A DNA stretch of 64,000 nt from an uncultured Pseudomonadota bacterium (GTDB lineage: Bacteria; Pseudomonadota; Alphaproteobacteria; JACZXZ01): assembly GCA_963749075.1 (NCBI GenBank), contig CAVVLJ010000017.1:704001-768000 (forward strand). The letters are read 5' to 3'. Below the pieces are notes generated by a model. The model saw only the letters and a list, made by a program, of their open reading frames with translations, was not told the DNA's origin and did not search any database. Shown here in pieces: positions 47,109 through 55,877 of the stretch; within the stretch, counting starts at the first letter, position 1, and each line of letters opens with the position of its first letter. The translations under genes were made by a program, and so were the position numbers.

Positions 47109-47993
47109 TCACCCGGCCTCGGCGCCGCACATCCCCTCGAGCACGGCAAAGACGGCGGCGGTATCCTGGCCGCCGAGCCCGAGGCCGACGGCGGCGCTAT
47201 AGAGCGGGGCGCTCGCCGTGAAGAGCGGCGTGGCGACGCCGAGGCTTGCGGCGAAGGCGCCGATTACGGCCATGTCCTTCTGCCACACGTCGAGCTTCAT
47301 CGAGGGAGGCTCGTAGCGCCCCTCGGCCATGAGCGGCGCGCGCAGCTCGAAGATGCGCGAGTTGGCTGCCCCGCTCGCGATCACCTTGCGGATCGTCTCG
47401 CTGTCGAGGCCGGCCCGCCGCCCGAGCAGCATCGCCTCGGCGGTGGCGACGTTGTTGATGGCGACGAGCAGATTGGCGACGAACTTCATCTTGCTGCCGT
47501 TGCCGAAGGCGCCGAGGTAGTGGCTCACGCGGGCGAGCTGGGCGAAGACCGGCGCCGCGCGCGCGAAGGCGGCCTCGTCGCCCGAGGCATAGACCGCGAG
47601 GTCGCGCGTCGCCGCCTGGGCGCCCGTGCCGCTCAACGGGCAATCGAGGAGCGTGATGTCCGCCGCGGCGAGTGCCGCCCGGTTGCGCTCCTTCACCTCG
47701 ATGGGAAGGGTGCTGAGCTCGGCAAGGATCTGGCCCCTCTGCGGCGCCGAAAGGAGGCCGCGCGGGCCGCCGACCGTCTCGTCGAGGGATTCGGCGCTCG
47801 GCAGGCTCGTGAGGAGTATCTCCGAGCGCGCGGCCACATCGGCCGCCGATCCCATCGCCTCGCCGCCAGCATCGCGCAGCTCCGCGAGCCGCCGCGGCTC
47901 GATGTCGTAGCCCGAGACGCGCGAGCCTGCGGCTATGAGGTTGCGCGCGATCGCCGAGCCCATGATCCCGATGCCGATGACGCCGACCCTCAT
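47109..47993 (-). CDS. NAD(P)-dependent beta-hydroxyacid dehydrogenase (3-hydroxyisobutyrate dehydrogenase family)
   Basis: IGIGIMG, DCPLSGTG, MKFVANLL, WQKD. Confidence 0.92.
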   Translation of the reverse strand: MRVGVIGIGIMGSAIARNLIAAGSRVSGYDIEPRRLAELRDAGGEAMGSAADVAARSEILLTSLPSAESLDETVGGPRGLLSAPQRGQILAELSTLPIEVKERNRAALAAADITLLDCPLSGTGAQAATRDLAVYASGDEAAFARAAPVFAQLARVSHYLGAFGNGSKMKFVANLLVAINNVATAEAMLLGRRAGLDSETIRKVIASGAANSRIFELRAPLMAEGRYEPPSMKLDVWQKDMAVIGAFAASLGVATPLFTASAPLYSAAVGLGLGGQDTAAVFAVLEGMCGAEAG

Positions 47994-48036
47994 GACCGTA
48001 CCCCCTCGCTTCGGCGGGCCGCACCGCCGCGGCCCT

Positions 48037-48651
48037 TCACTTGGCGCCGAGCGCCTTGATCCCCTTGATCATGGCGACGACCGCACGCTTGGCGACGGCG
48101 GCGAAATCGTCGCTCACGCGGCTCTGGTAGATGAACTTGCGCACCGCGAAATAGAAAAGCCCGCCGTGCATCACCCAGACATGCTCGAGCTCGAGCTCGC
48201 TGATGGGGACGACGGCCGGCCCCGGCAGTCCGCAATAAGCGCGAATCTCGCCGCACATCGGCTTGAGGATGGCCTCCTCGACGATGGCGATGTAGCGGCG
48301 GTTGAGGTCGTTGCCCATGAGGGCCGAGAACATGTAGAGGCGGATCCATTCGTAGCTGTAGGTGGCGCGCGCATAGGCCTCGTAGAAGGCGACGAGGCGC
48401 TCCTCGAGCGGCCGCGTGCGGTCCGTGATCAGCTCGCCCCAGCGCCGATCGATGCGCTTCAGAAAGACCTCGTCGAAGACGCGCTCGATGAGGCTCCGCT
48501 TGGTCGCGAAGTAGCGGTAGAGGAGCGGCTGGGTGATGCCGACGCGCGCGGCAAGCTCGCGGGTCTGGCCGCCGAGGCCGACCTCGGCGAAGAAGCGGAT
48601 GGCCTCGTCGACGATCTGCCGCTCGCGGTCGGCGGCCGGGAGCCGCTTCAT
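48037..48651 (-). CDS. TetR/AcrR family regulator
   Basis: RERQIVDEAIRFF, TRELAARVGITQPLLYRYF; start may extend up to 48774. Confidence 0.9.
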   Translation of the reverse strand: MKRLPAADRERQIVDEAIRFFAEVGLGGQTRELAARVGITQPLLYRYFATKRSLIERVFDEVFLKRIDRRWGELITDRTRPLEERLVAFYEAYARATYSYEWIRLYMFSALMGNDLNRRYIAIVEEAILKPMCGEIRAYCGLPGPAVVPISELELEHVWVMHGGLFYFAVRKFIYQSRVSDDFAAVAKRAVVAMIKGIKALGAK

Positions 48652-48736
48652 GCGCAGCGGCGCGGCCGCGGCCGGTCGCGGCACGGCGCGCAACCGGCGG
48701 GGCGAGGCCGGCGCCGCGCGGCCCCTGCCGCGGCGC

Positions 48737-49837
48737 TTACCCGCCCGCGGCGGCGTTGATGGCCCGGTTGACACGCGGCATCACCTCGCTCGCCATCAGC
48801 TCCATGGAACGCCTGGCCAGCCTGGCGTCGACCCAGTCCGTGCCGGCATAGACCAGCGTGCCGAAATCGCCCACGCGCTCGCGGAACGTCAGGATCTGGT
48901 CGACGACGCTCTCGACCGTGCCGCAGATGACGAGCCTGTCGAGCACGTATTCGAGCGAGACCGCCGAGTCCGGCATCGCGCGGTCTTCCTTGAAGAGCTC
49001 GGGGCGGCCGTTGCCGATGAGCTTCCGCATCATCTGCTTGAAGTAGAAATGATAGGGTCCTTGCGGCCCGCGTCCGTAGCGGAGCGCAGTCGCCTCGTCG
49101 TCGGCCACGAAGAGCGCGCGGGCGATGCGCCAGTCGCTCCTCAGCGCCGGCCGGCCGGCCTTGGCGCAGCCTTGCTCGTACATCGGCCAGTGGGAAGCGA
49201 CCCACGGCGTCTGCAGGAAGTTGGCCGAGATCGGCGTCCAGCCGCGCTCGGCGGCGGACGCGATGCCCTTCGAGAAGGGAGCGACCACGGTGACGACGAT
49301 GGGCGGATGCGGCTTCTGAAAGGGCGTCACGATGGCGCCCTGGCCGGTCTCGATATCCATGGTGCGCGCCGTCGTCACGGTCCAGAAGCGTCCAGCGAGA
49401 TCGTACGGCGGCTTGCCGCTCCAGATGGCGAGCACCTGGTCGATCGCCTCGACGAACATGGCGTTGCGGTCCGCATCGAGGTTGCCGAAGGCCTCCGAGT
49501 CCGAGCGCAGGCCGCCCGGGCTGATGCCGAAGAGGAAGCGTCCCTCGAGCATGTGGTCGATCATCGCCACCTGGGCGGCGAGCGTGGCGGGATGGCTGTT
49601 GGGCAGGTTGAGCGTGCCGCTCCCGAGCTTGATCGCCTTGGTAGCATCGATGAGGCTGGCGATGAAGGCGAGGCACGAGGTGATGGTCTCGGCCCGGTCG
49701 GTGATGTGCTCGCCTATGAAGGCCTCGCAGTAGCCGAGCGCGTCGGCAAGGAGGACGGCCTCGCGGTCCTCCTTGAGCGTCGCCGTGTAGTCGCGCTCCG
49801 GCGGATGGAGCGGCATGGTGAAATAGGCGAGCCGCAT
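48737..49837 (-). CDS. LLM flavin-dependent monooxygenase (limonene monooxygenase-like subgroup)
   Basis: FTMPLHP, AFIGEH, HPATLA, DHMLEGR, GISPGGL..D, QKPHPP. Confidence 0.9.
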   Translation of the reverse strand: MRLAYFTMPLHPPERDYTATLKEDREAVLLADALGYCEAFIGEHITDRAETITSCLAFIASLIDATKAIKLGSGTLNLPNSHPATLAAQVAMIDHMLEGRFLFGISPGGLRSDSEAFGNLDADRNAMFVEAIDQVLAIWSGKPPYDLAGRFWTVTTARTMDIETGQGAIVTPFQKPHPPIVVTVVAPFSKGIASAAERGWTPISANFLQTPWVASHWPMYEQGCAKAGRPALRSDWRIARALFVADDEATALRYGRGPQGPYHFYFKQMMRKLIGNGRPELFKEDRAMPDSAVSLEYVLDRLVICGTVESVVDQILTFRERVGDFGTLVYAGTDWVDARLARRSMELMASEVMPRVNRAINAAAGG

Positions 49838-49885
49838 GCGTTCCCCTCTCGCCCGGGCGGCAGCACCCGCGGCGAGCGGGGTTGT

Positions 49886-49899
49886 TTATCATCCGATAA
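49886..49899. promoter_or_regulatory. Candidate TetR operator
   Basis: TTATC-ATCC-GATAA palindrome, AT-rich, in the divergent promoter region. Confidence 0.5.
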
Positions 49900-50074
49900 T
49901 GTGGACGGTCAAGCCGCGACAGGACGGCGTCGCGGGCGTCGCGGGGGCCGGACAGTCGAGCGCTTCGTTGCGCCGGAACCGCCCGGCCAGGCGGAGTTCG
50001 GCAATAGGACCTAGGAACCACGGACCGCCTTGCGCTATTGTCCGATTCCCTCTGACCATCTCAGCGCAATTCCC

Positions 50075-52420
50075 ATGAGCAAGCGAGCGGACGATCCCCT
50101 CGCGCATCCTTGGCCCGGACGCCTCGAGGATGCTGCCCTCCTGAGAGGCGCCGGGCGCTTCACGGACGATTTGCGGCTCCCCGGCGAGGCCTTCGCGGTC
50201 TTCGTGCGCTCGCCCCACGCGGCGGCGCGCATCCGCTCGCTCGACGCGGCACCGGCGCGCGGGTCGCCCGGCGTTCTTGCCGTGCTGACCGCCGCCGACA
50301 TGGCGGCGGCGGGGGTGGGCAATGTGTGCCAGCTCCGCCCCTTTCCCGGCCGCGACGGCAAGCCGCTCAAGGTGCCGCAGCGGCCGGCGCTCGCCGCGGA
50401 GTGCGTCCGCCACGTGGGCGAGCCGGTGGCCCTTGTGGTGGCCGAGAGCGAGGCCGCGGCCCTCGATGCGGCCGAGCGCGTCGCGATCGAGTACGAGGCG
50501 CTTCCCGCCATAGTCGATCTCGCGGACGCGGTGGCCCCGGGCGCGCCGCAGCTCTGGCCCGAGGCGCCCGGCAATATAGCGGTGGATTGGTCATCCGGCA
50601 CGGAAGAGACGAGACGCGAGGTGGAGCGGAGCTTCGCCGCAGCCGCGCACACAGCACGCATCCGGCTCGTCAACCAGCGCATCGTCGTCGCCTCCCTCGA
50701 GCCGCGCGGCGCCTTAGCTGCCTATGACGCCGCAACGGACGAACTCACGCTCCATACGGGCTCCCAAGGTGCCCAGGTGCTGCGCGACCAGCTCGCAGCC
50801 GCCCTCGGCCTGCCGCAGCAGAAGCTCCGCGTCGTGACCGGGGACGTGGGCGGCGGCTTCGGCATGAAGACCAGCGCCTATCCCGAGCACGCAGCCCTCC
50901 TCGTTGCCGCGCGCCGCCTCGGCCGCCCGGTGCGTTGGGCGGCGACGCGCTCCGAGGCCTTCGCGAGCGACAACCAGGCGCGCGACACAACGATGGAGGC
51001 ATCCCTCGCACTCGACAGCTCCGGCCGCTTCCTGGCACTCCGTGTCGAGGCGCTCGCCAACATGGGAGCCTACCTCTCCTCGCACGGCGCCTACATCGCG
51101 ACCTCCAACTTCGCGCGCTGCTTCCCAATCGTCTATGACGTGCCGCAGATCGAGGTCGCGGTGCGCTGCGTCTTCACCAACACGCTGCCGACAGGACCCT
51201 ATCGCGGCGCCGGGCGGCCCGAGGCGAACTACGCGGTGGAGCGCCTCGTCGAGGAGGCGGCGCACGTGACCGGCATCGACCGCATCGAGCTCCGACGGCG
51301 CAACCTGATAGCACCCGCCATGATGCCCTATCCGACGGCCGTGGGCGCCACCTTCGACAGCGGCGAGTTCAGGGCGATCTTGGATGAGGCGTTGCAGCAA
51401 GCCGACTATGCCGGCTTCCCGGCGCGGCGCCGCCGCTCGGAGGCCGCCGGCAAGCGCCGCGGCATCGGCGTCTCGTGCTTCCTCGAGCACGCGGGCGGGG
51501 CGCCCTTCGAGCCGGCCGAGATCGCCTTTCCCGGCGACGGCAGCGTGCGCGTGGGCCTCGCCGTGCAGGCGCTCGGCCAGGGCCACGCCACGGTGTTCCG
51601 CCGGCTCGCTGGGCACCTCCTCGGCATTCCGGAGAGTGCGGTGGCGCTCGCAGCAGGCGATACGCGCCTCGGTCTCACGGGCATGGGCACCGTCGCCTCG
51701 CGCTCGGCCGTGGTCGCGGGCACGGCGATCCACCAGGCAGCGATGCGCGTCATCGCCAAGGGGCGGCAGGTGGCGGCGCTGGCGCTGGAGGCGGACGAGC
51801 GCGATATCGAGTACGCCCGCGGCGCCTTCGCGGTCGCCGGGACCGATCGCCGCATCTCGCTCCTCGAGGCGGCGGAGCGCGCGGTCGAGCTCAAGCGGCG
51901 CGGCGAGATCGCCGAGACCCTCGACAGCCGCGAGACCGCCGAGGTGCCGCAGACCTTTCCCAACGGCTGCCACGTGGCCGAGGTGGAGATCGATCCGGAG
52001 ACCGGCAATGCCGTGCTCGCCGCCTACACCGCGGTCGACGATTGCGGCACGGCGCTCGACCCGGTGATCGTCGAGGGCCAGGTGCAGGGCGGCATCGCCC
52101 AGGGCGTCGGCCAGGCCCTCCTCGAGCACGCGGTCTATGACCGCGCGTCAGGCCAGCTCTTGGCCGGCTCGTTCATGGACTACGCCATGCCGCGCGCCGA
52201 CGACCTGCCGGCGCTGGTTGCCTCGCTCCATCCCGTGCCCTGCCGCACGAACCCGCTCGGCCTCAAGGGCGTCGGCGAGGCCGGCACCACGGGCGCACTC
52301 GCCGCCGTGATGAACGCCATCGCCGACGCGCTGCCGCCGGGCGCCGCCGTCCAAATGCCGGCGACGCCCGAGAGGCTGTGGCGCGCCTGCCGCCATGCAG
52401 CAGAGAAAGAAAGGACCTGA
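50075..52420 (+). CDS. Xanthine dehydrogenase family molybdopterin subunit (form II CoxL-like)
   Basis: RLED..LLRG.GRF, GDVGGGFG.K, PYRGAGRPE, GQGH, EGQVQGG, KGVGEAG; lacks the form I CoxL AYXCSFR motif. Confidence 0.92.
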   Translation: MSKRADDPLAHPWPGRLEDAALLRGAGRFTDDLRLPGEAFAVFVRSPHAAARIRSLDAAPARGSPGVLAVLTAADMAAAGVGNVCQLRPFPGRDGKPLKVPQRPALAAECVRHVGEPVALVVAESEAAALDAAERVAIEYEALPAIVDLADAVAPGAPQLWPEAPGNIAVDWSSGTEETRREVERSFAAAAHTARIRLVNQRIVVASLEPRGALAAYDAATDELTLHTGSQGAQVLRDQLAAALGLPQQKLRVVTGDVGGGFGMKTSAYPEHAALLVAARRLGRPVRWAATRSEAFASDNQARDTTMEASLALDSSGRFLALRVEALANMGAYLSSHGAYIATSNFARCFPIVYDVPQIEVAVRCVFTNTLPTGPYRGAGRPEANYAVERLVEEAAHVTGIDRIELRRRNLIAPAMMPYPTAVGATFDSGEFRAILDEALQQADYAGFPARRRRSEAAGKRRGIGVSCFLEHAGGAPFEPAEIAFPGDGSVRVGLAVQALGQGHATVFRRLAGHLLGIPESAVALAAGDTRLGLTGMGTVASRSAVVAGTAIHQAAMRVIAKGRQVAALALEADERDIEYARGAFAVAGTDRRISLLEAAERAVELKRRGEIAETLDSRETAEVPQTFPNGCHVAEVEIDPETGNAVLAAYTAVDDCGTALDPVIVEGQVQGGIAQGVGQALLEHAVYDRASGQLLAGSFMDYAMPRADDLPALVASLHPVPCRTNPLGLKGVGEAGTTGALAAVMNAIADALPPGAAVQMPATPERLWRACRHAAEKERT

Positions 52421-52423
52421 GCG

Positions 52424-53513
52424 ATGCTCTACCGCTGTCTCCCTGCCGCGCAGCGCCCCGCTGTCTTGCGCGCTCCCGCAGCCGGCAAACGCGGCCGCAG
52501 CCGCCCATTCACCGTCGATGTCCACTGCCACGTGCTGACGCCCGCGGCCGAGGCCATGGTAGCACCTCACTGGCGGCCCGAGAGCGACCCTCTCGACCAC
52601 TTCTCGAATGCTGCCACGCGCGAGGTCAACCGCCGACAGGGCATCGCCATCCGCGAGCGCATCACCTCGACGGCAGCCCGGCTCGCCGCGATGGACAAGG
52701 CCGGCATCGACGTGCAGGCGATCTCGCCCGCGCCGTCGCAATACTATTATTGGTGCGAGCCCGAGCTCGGCCGTGCTGCGGCGCGCGCCATCAACGACAA
52801 CATCGCGGCGATCACGGCCGAGCACCCGGAGCGCTTCGTCGGCCTCGCCAGCGTGCCGCTGCAGGAGCCGCGGCTCGCCGTGGCCGAGCTCGAGCGCGCG
52901 ACGAAGAAGCTCGGTTTGCGTGGCGTCGAGATCTGCACCAACGTGGCCGGCACCGAGCTCTCGGAAGCCACGCTTCCGCAAGTTCTTCGCCAAGGCCGAG
53001 GAGCTCGGCATCGTCGTCTTCATGCATCCGAGCGGCTTCACCGAGGGCCGCCGCCTGGCCGACCATTACTTCTCGAACGTCATCGGCAATCCGCTCGACA
53101 CCACGGTGGCCTTGAGCCATCTCATCTTCGGCGGCGTGCTCGAGGCCTATCCCCGCCTCAAGATCGTGGCGGCCCACGGCGGCGGCTTCCTCCCCGCCTA
53201 TTCCGGCCGCATGGATCACGCGCACGCGGCGCGCGCGGACTGCCGCCGGCTCATCAAGAGGAAACCGACGAGCTACCTCAGGAAAGTCTACTTCGACAGC
53301 ATGGTGTTCACCCGCCACCAGCTCGAGTATCTCGCAAGCCTCTACGGCAGCGGCCACATCCTCCTCGGCACCGACTATCCCTACGACATGGGGATGGCGG
53401 ACCCGGTCGGCTTCATCGCGGGCGCGCGGCTCGGCGCCAAGGAGAAGGCCGCGATCATGGGCGGCAACGCGGCGCGGCTTCTCAAGATCAGGCGGCCTCG
53501 TTCCGCGCATTGA
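52424..53513 (+). CDS. Amidohydrolase_2 family decarboxylase/hydratase (ACMSD-like) with a +1 frameshift at about 52965
   Basis: DVHCH, FMHP, AHGGG, YFDS, GTDYPYD; removing one base of AA 52965-52966 joins ELS-EPRFRKFF. Confidence 0.88.
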
Positions 53514-53614
53514 GGAAGCAGGCTGGCCCCTCGGTTGCGGCGGCCCAAGCCGCAGGATAGGCTGGCGCGCAACGAGCGAGATTTAGCCGGCACAAGAGGT
53601 GGGAGGGCGCTGCC

Positions 53615-54253
53615 GTGAGGCTCTATAGCTATTACCGCTCGCAAGCGACCTTCCGCGTGCGCATCGCCCTCAACCTCAAGGGCATCCCGCGCGAGGACAG
53701 TTTCATCCACCTCGAGCGCGGCGAGCAATCCGCCGCCTCTTACAAGGCGATCAATCCCCAGATGGCCGTGCCCACCTTGCTCGACGGCAAGGCGAAGCTC
53801 ACCCAGTCGCTCGCCATCCTGGAATATCTCGAGGAGAGATACCCTGAGCCGCCGCTCCTGCCGGCGGATCCCCTGGCCCGCGCCTGGGTGCGCGCGCTCG
53901 CCCTCATCAACGTGGCCGATTCGCACCCGCTCATCGTGCCGCGCATCCGCAAATACTTCACCGAGGTCCTGAAGCTCGGCGAGGCTGAGCGGCTCGCCTG
54001 GATCCAGCATTGGCTCGGCCTGGGCCTGGACGCCATGGAGACGCTCCTCGCCGAGCATCCCGAGAGCGGCCGCTTCTGCCACGGCGAGACGCCGACCATG
54101 GCCGACATCTGCCTGGTGACCCAGGTGACCCCGGCCAAGATGTTCAAATGCCCGTTGGACGCCTATCCCAGGGTGACGCGAGTTTACGACAGCTGCATGG
54201 CCATCCAGGCCTTTGCCGACGCGCATCCGCTGAAGCAGCCCGACGCGGAGTGA
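53615..54253 (+). CDS. maiA: Maleylacetoacetate/maleylpyruvate isomerase (GST zeta)
   Basis: LYSYYRSQATFRVRIALNLK, NPQ..VP, QSLAILEYL, AHP..QPD. Confidence 0.9.
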   Translation: MRLYSYYRSQATFRVRIALNLKGIPREDSFIHLERGEQSAASYKAINPQMAVPTLLDGKAKLTQSLAILEYLEERYPEPPLLPADPLARAWVRALALINVADSHPLIVPRIRKYFTEVLKLGEAERLAWIQHWLGLGLDAMETLLAEHPESGRFCHGETPTMADICLVTQVTPAKMFKCPLDAYPRVTRVYDSCMAIQAFADAHPLKQPDAE

Positions 54254-54270
54254 CGGCGCCGGCCGGGCAC

Positions 54271-54354
54271 ATGACTTCCGCTCAGATGCGCCGCATGATT
54301 ATCTTGGTAAGAGAATATTCGCGCGCACACATGGATCGGAGGCGACGGCGATGA
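54271..54354 (+). pseudogene. Possible C-terminal relic of a RelE/HigB2-type toxin
   Basis: MTSAQMRRMIILVREYSRAH... resembles the C-terminal helix of such toxins; AT-richer; ATGA overlap with the following HTH gene. Confidence 0.35.
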
Positions 54355-54659
54355 GCAAGGCGAAAGGCAGGATCGGCACACTGATCGTGGAGGCGCTCGC
54401 GGAGGCAGTGGCCGATGCACAGGGCAAGCGCACCGGAATGCGCAAGCGGATCGTCACGGTGCCCGTGGATGTCGACGTGAAGGCGATCCGCAGGCGGCTC
54501 GGCATGTCCCAGTCGCAATTCGCGGACCGTTTTGGATTTCCGCTCGGCACGGTGCAGAATTGGGAGCGCGGCCACCGGCGTCCAGAAGGTGCTGCCCGCG
54601 CACTTCTCAAGGTGATTGAGAAGCGTCCCGACGCGGTCATCGAGGCACTCTCAGCATGA
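54351..54659 (+). CDS. XRE-family HTH protein (HigA2/YiaG-like antitoxin type)
   Basis: DVKAIRRRLGMSQSQFA..FG...TVQNWERG.RRPEGAARALL. Confidence 0.88.
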   Translation: MSKAKGRIGTLIVEALAEAVADAQGKRTGMRKRIVTVPVDVDVKAIRRRLGMSQSQFADRFGFPLGTVQNWERGHRRPEGAARALLKVIEKRPDAVIEALSA

Positions 54660-55849
54660 GGCACGAAGGTCCGGTCGGCGCTTCCTCCAAGCCGCGCGAC
54701 AGAGGACTCTCAGCGTCAGAGTCGCCCGCCGCGGAAGCGGACGAGAGGGCCGCTCGCCTCACCGCGGTCTACCGCGTGCGCGCCGAGGCGGGTGCCATCG
54801 AGGCACGCGCCGAAGCGATCGCGGTCGAGCAGAGCGTCGAGATGCCGGTCTCCGCGATCGACGACCCGAAGGTGCTCGCCGACATCGTCGGGCGGGTCGA
54901 GGGCATCGCCGATCTCGGCGGCGGGCTCTTCGAGGTGCGCATCGGCCTTGCGGCTGAGACGGTGGGCTCGGAGCCGGGGCAGCTCATGAACATGCTCTTC
55001 GGCAACAGCTCGATCCACGAGGACGTGGAGCTTCACGACGCGCTGATCCCGCCGGAGCTGGCCGCCGCCTTTGCCGGGCCCAATCGCGGCCTCGCCGGCT
55101 TGCGCGCCATGATCGGCGGCGCAAGGCGTGCTTTCACCTGCTCGGCGCTCAAGCCCCAGGGCTTGCCGGCGCGCGAGCTCGCGGCACTCGCCGGCCGCCT
55201 GGCACTGGGCGGCCTCGACTTCATCAAGGACGATCACGGCCTCGCCGACCAGCGCTACAGCCCCTTCGCCGAGCGGCTTGCGGCCTGCGCCGCCGCGGTC
55301 GAGAAGGCGAGCGAGGCGACCGGCCGCACCGCGCGCTACGTGCCGAGCCTCTCCGGCAACCTCGATTCCTTGCGCAGGCAGATGGCGCTCGCGCGCGCGG
55401 CCGGCATCGAGATGGTGCTCATCGCCCCCATGGTCGTCGGCCTGCCGCAGCTCGCCCAGCTTGCGCGCGAGAATCCGGAGATCGCCTTCATGGCGCATCC
55501 GGCGCTCGCCGGAGCCGCGCGCATCGCACCGCCGCTCCTCTTGGGCAAGCTCTTCCGCCTCTTGGGCGCCGACGCCACGATCTTCCCCAACCACGGCGGC
55601 CGCTTCGGCTATTCGCGCGAGACCTGCCTGGCGCTCGCAGAGGCCGCGCGCGCGCCTCAGCCGGCGATCCGGCCCGCGGTCCCCGTGCCGGCCGGCGGCA
55701 TGACGCCCGCGCGCGTGCCCGAGATGCTCGAGTTCTACGGCCCGGACTGCATGCTTCTCATCGGCGGCGGCCTGCTCGCCGCGCGCGGGCGGGTGACCGA
55801 GGAGACGGCGGCCTTCACCCGCCAGGTCGAGCAATACGCCTATCGCTGA
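54656..55849 (+). CDS. RuBisCO-like protein (form IV), candidate 5-methylthioribulose-1-phosphate isomerase
   Basis: EQSVE, LFGN, ALKPQG, FIKDDHG (KDDH rather than KDDE), MAHPA, GGRF, PAGG, IGGG; no small subunit or cbb genes nearby. Confidence 0.9.
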   Translation: MRHEGPVGASSKPRDRGLSASESPAAEADERAARLTAVYRVRAEAGAIEARAEAIAVEQSVEMPVSAIDDPKVLADIVGRVEGIADLGGGLFEVRIGLAAETVGSEPGQLMNMLFGNSSIHEDVELHDALIPPELAAAFAGPNRGLAGLRAMIGGARRAFTCSALKPQGLPARELAALAGRLALGGLDFIKDDHGLADQRYSPFAERLAACAAAVEKASEATGRTARYVPSLSGNLDSLRRQMALARAAGIEMVLIAPMVVGLPQLAQLARENPEIAFMAHPALAGAARIAPPLLLGKLFRLLGADATIFPNHGGRFGYSRETCLALAEAARAPQPAIRPAVPVPAGGMTPARVPEMLEFYGPDCMLLIGGGLLAARGRVTEETAAFTRQVEQYAYR

Positions 55850-55877
55850 GGCGGCCGGAGAGAAAGGAGAGCGCGGC

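Noticed and set aside
50075-52420. True aerobic CO dehydrogenase
   Set aside because: The active-site loop is PYRGAGR rather than AYXCSFR, and coxM, coxS and accessory genes are absent.
54656-55849. CO2-fixing RuBisCO / Calvin cycle
   Set aside because: KDDH instead of KDDE, short length, and no cbbS or prk nearby; this is a form IV RLP.
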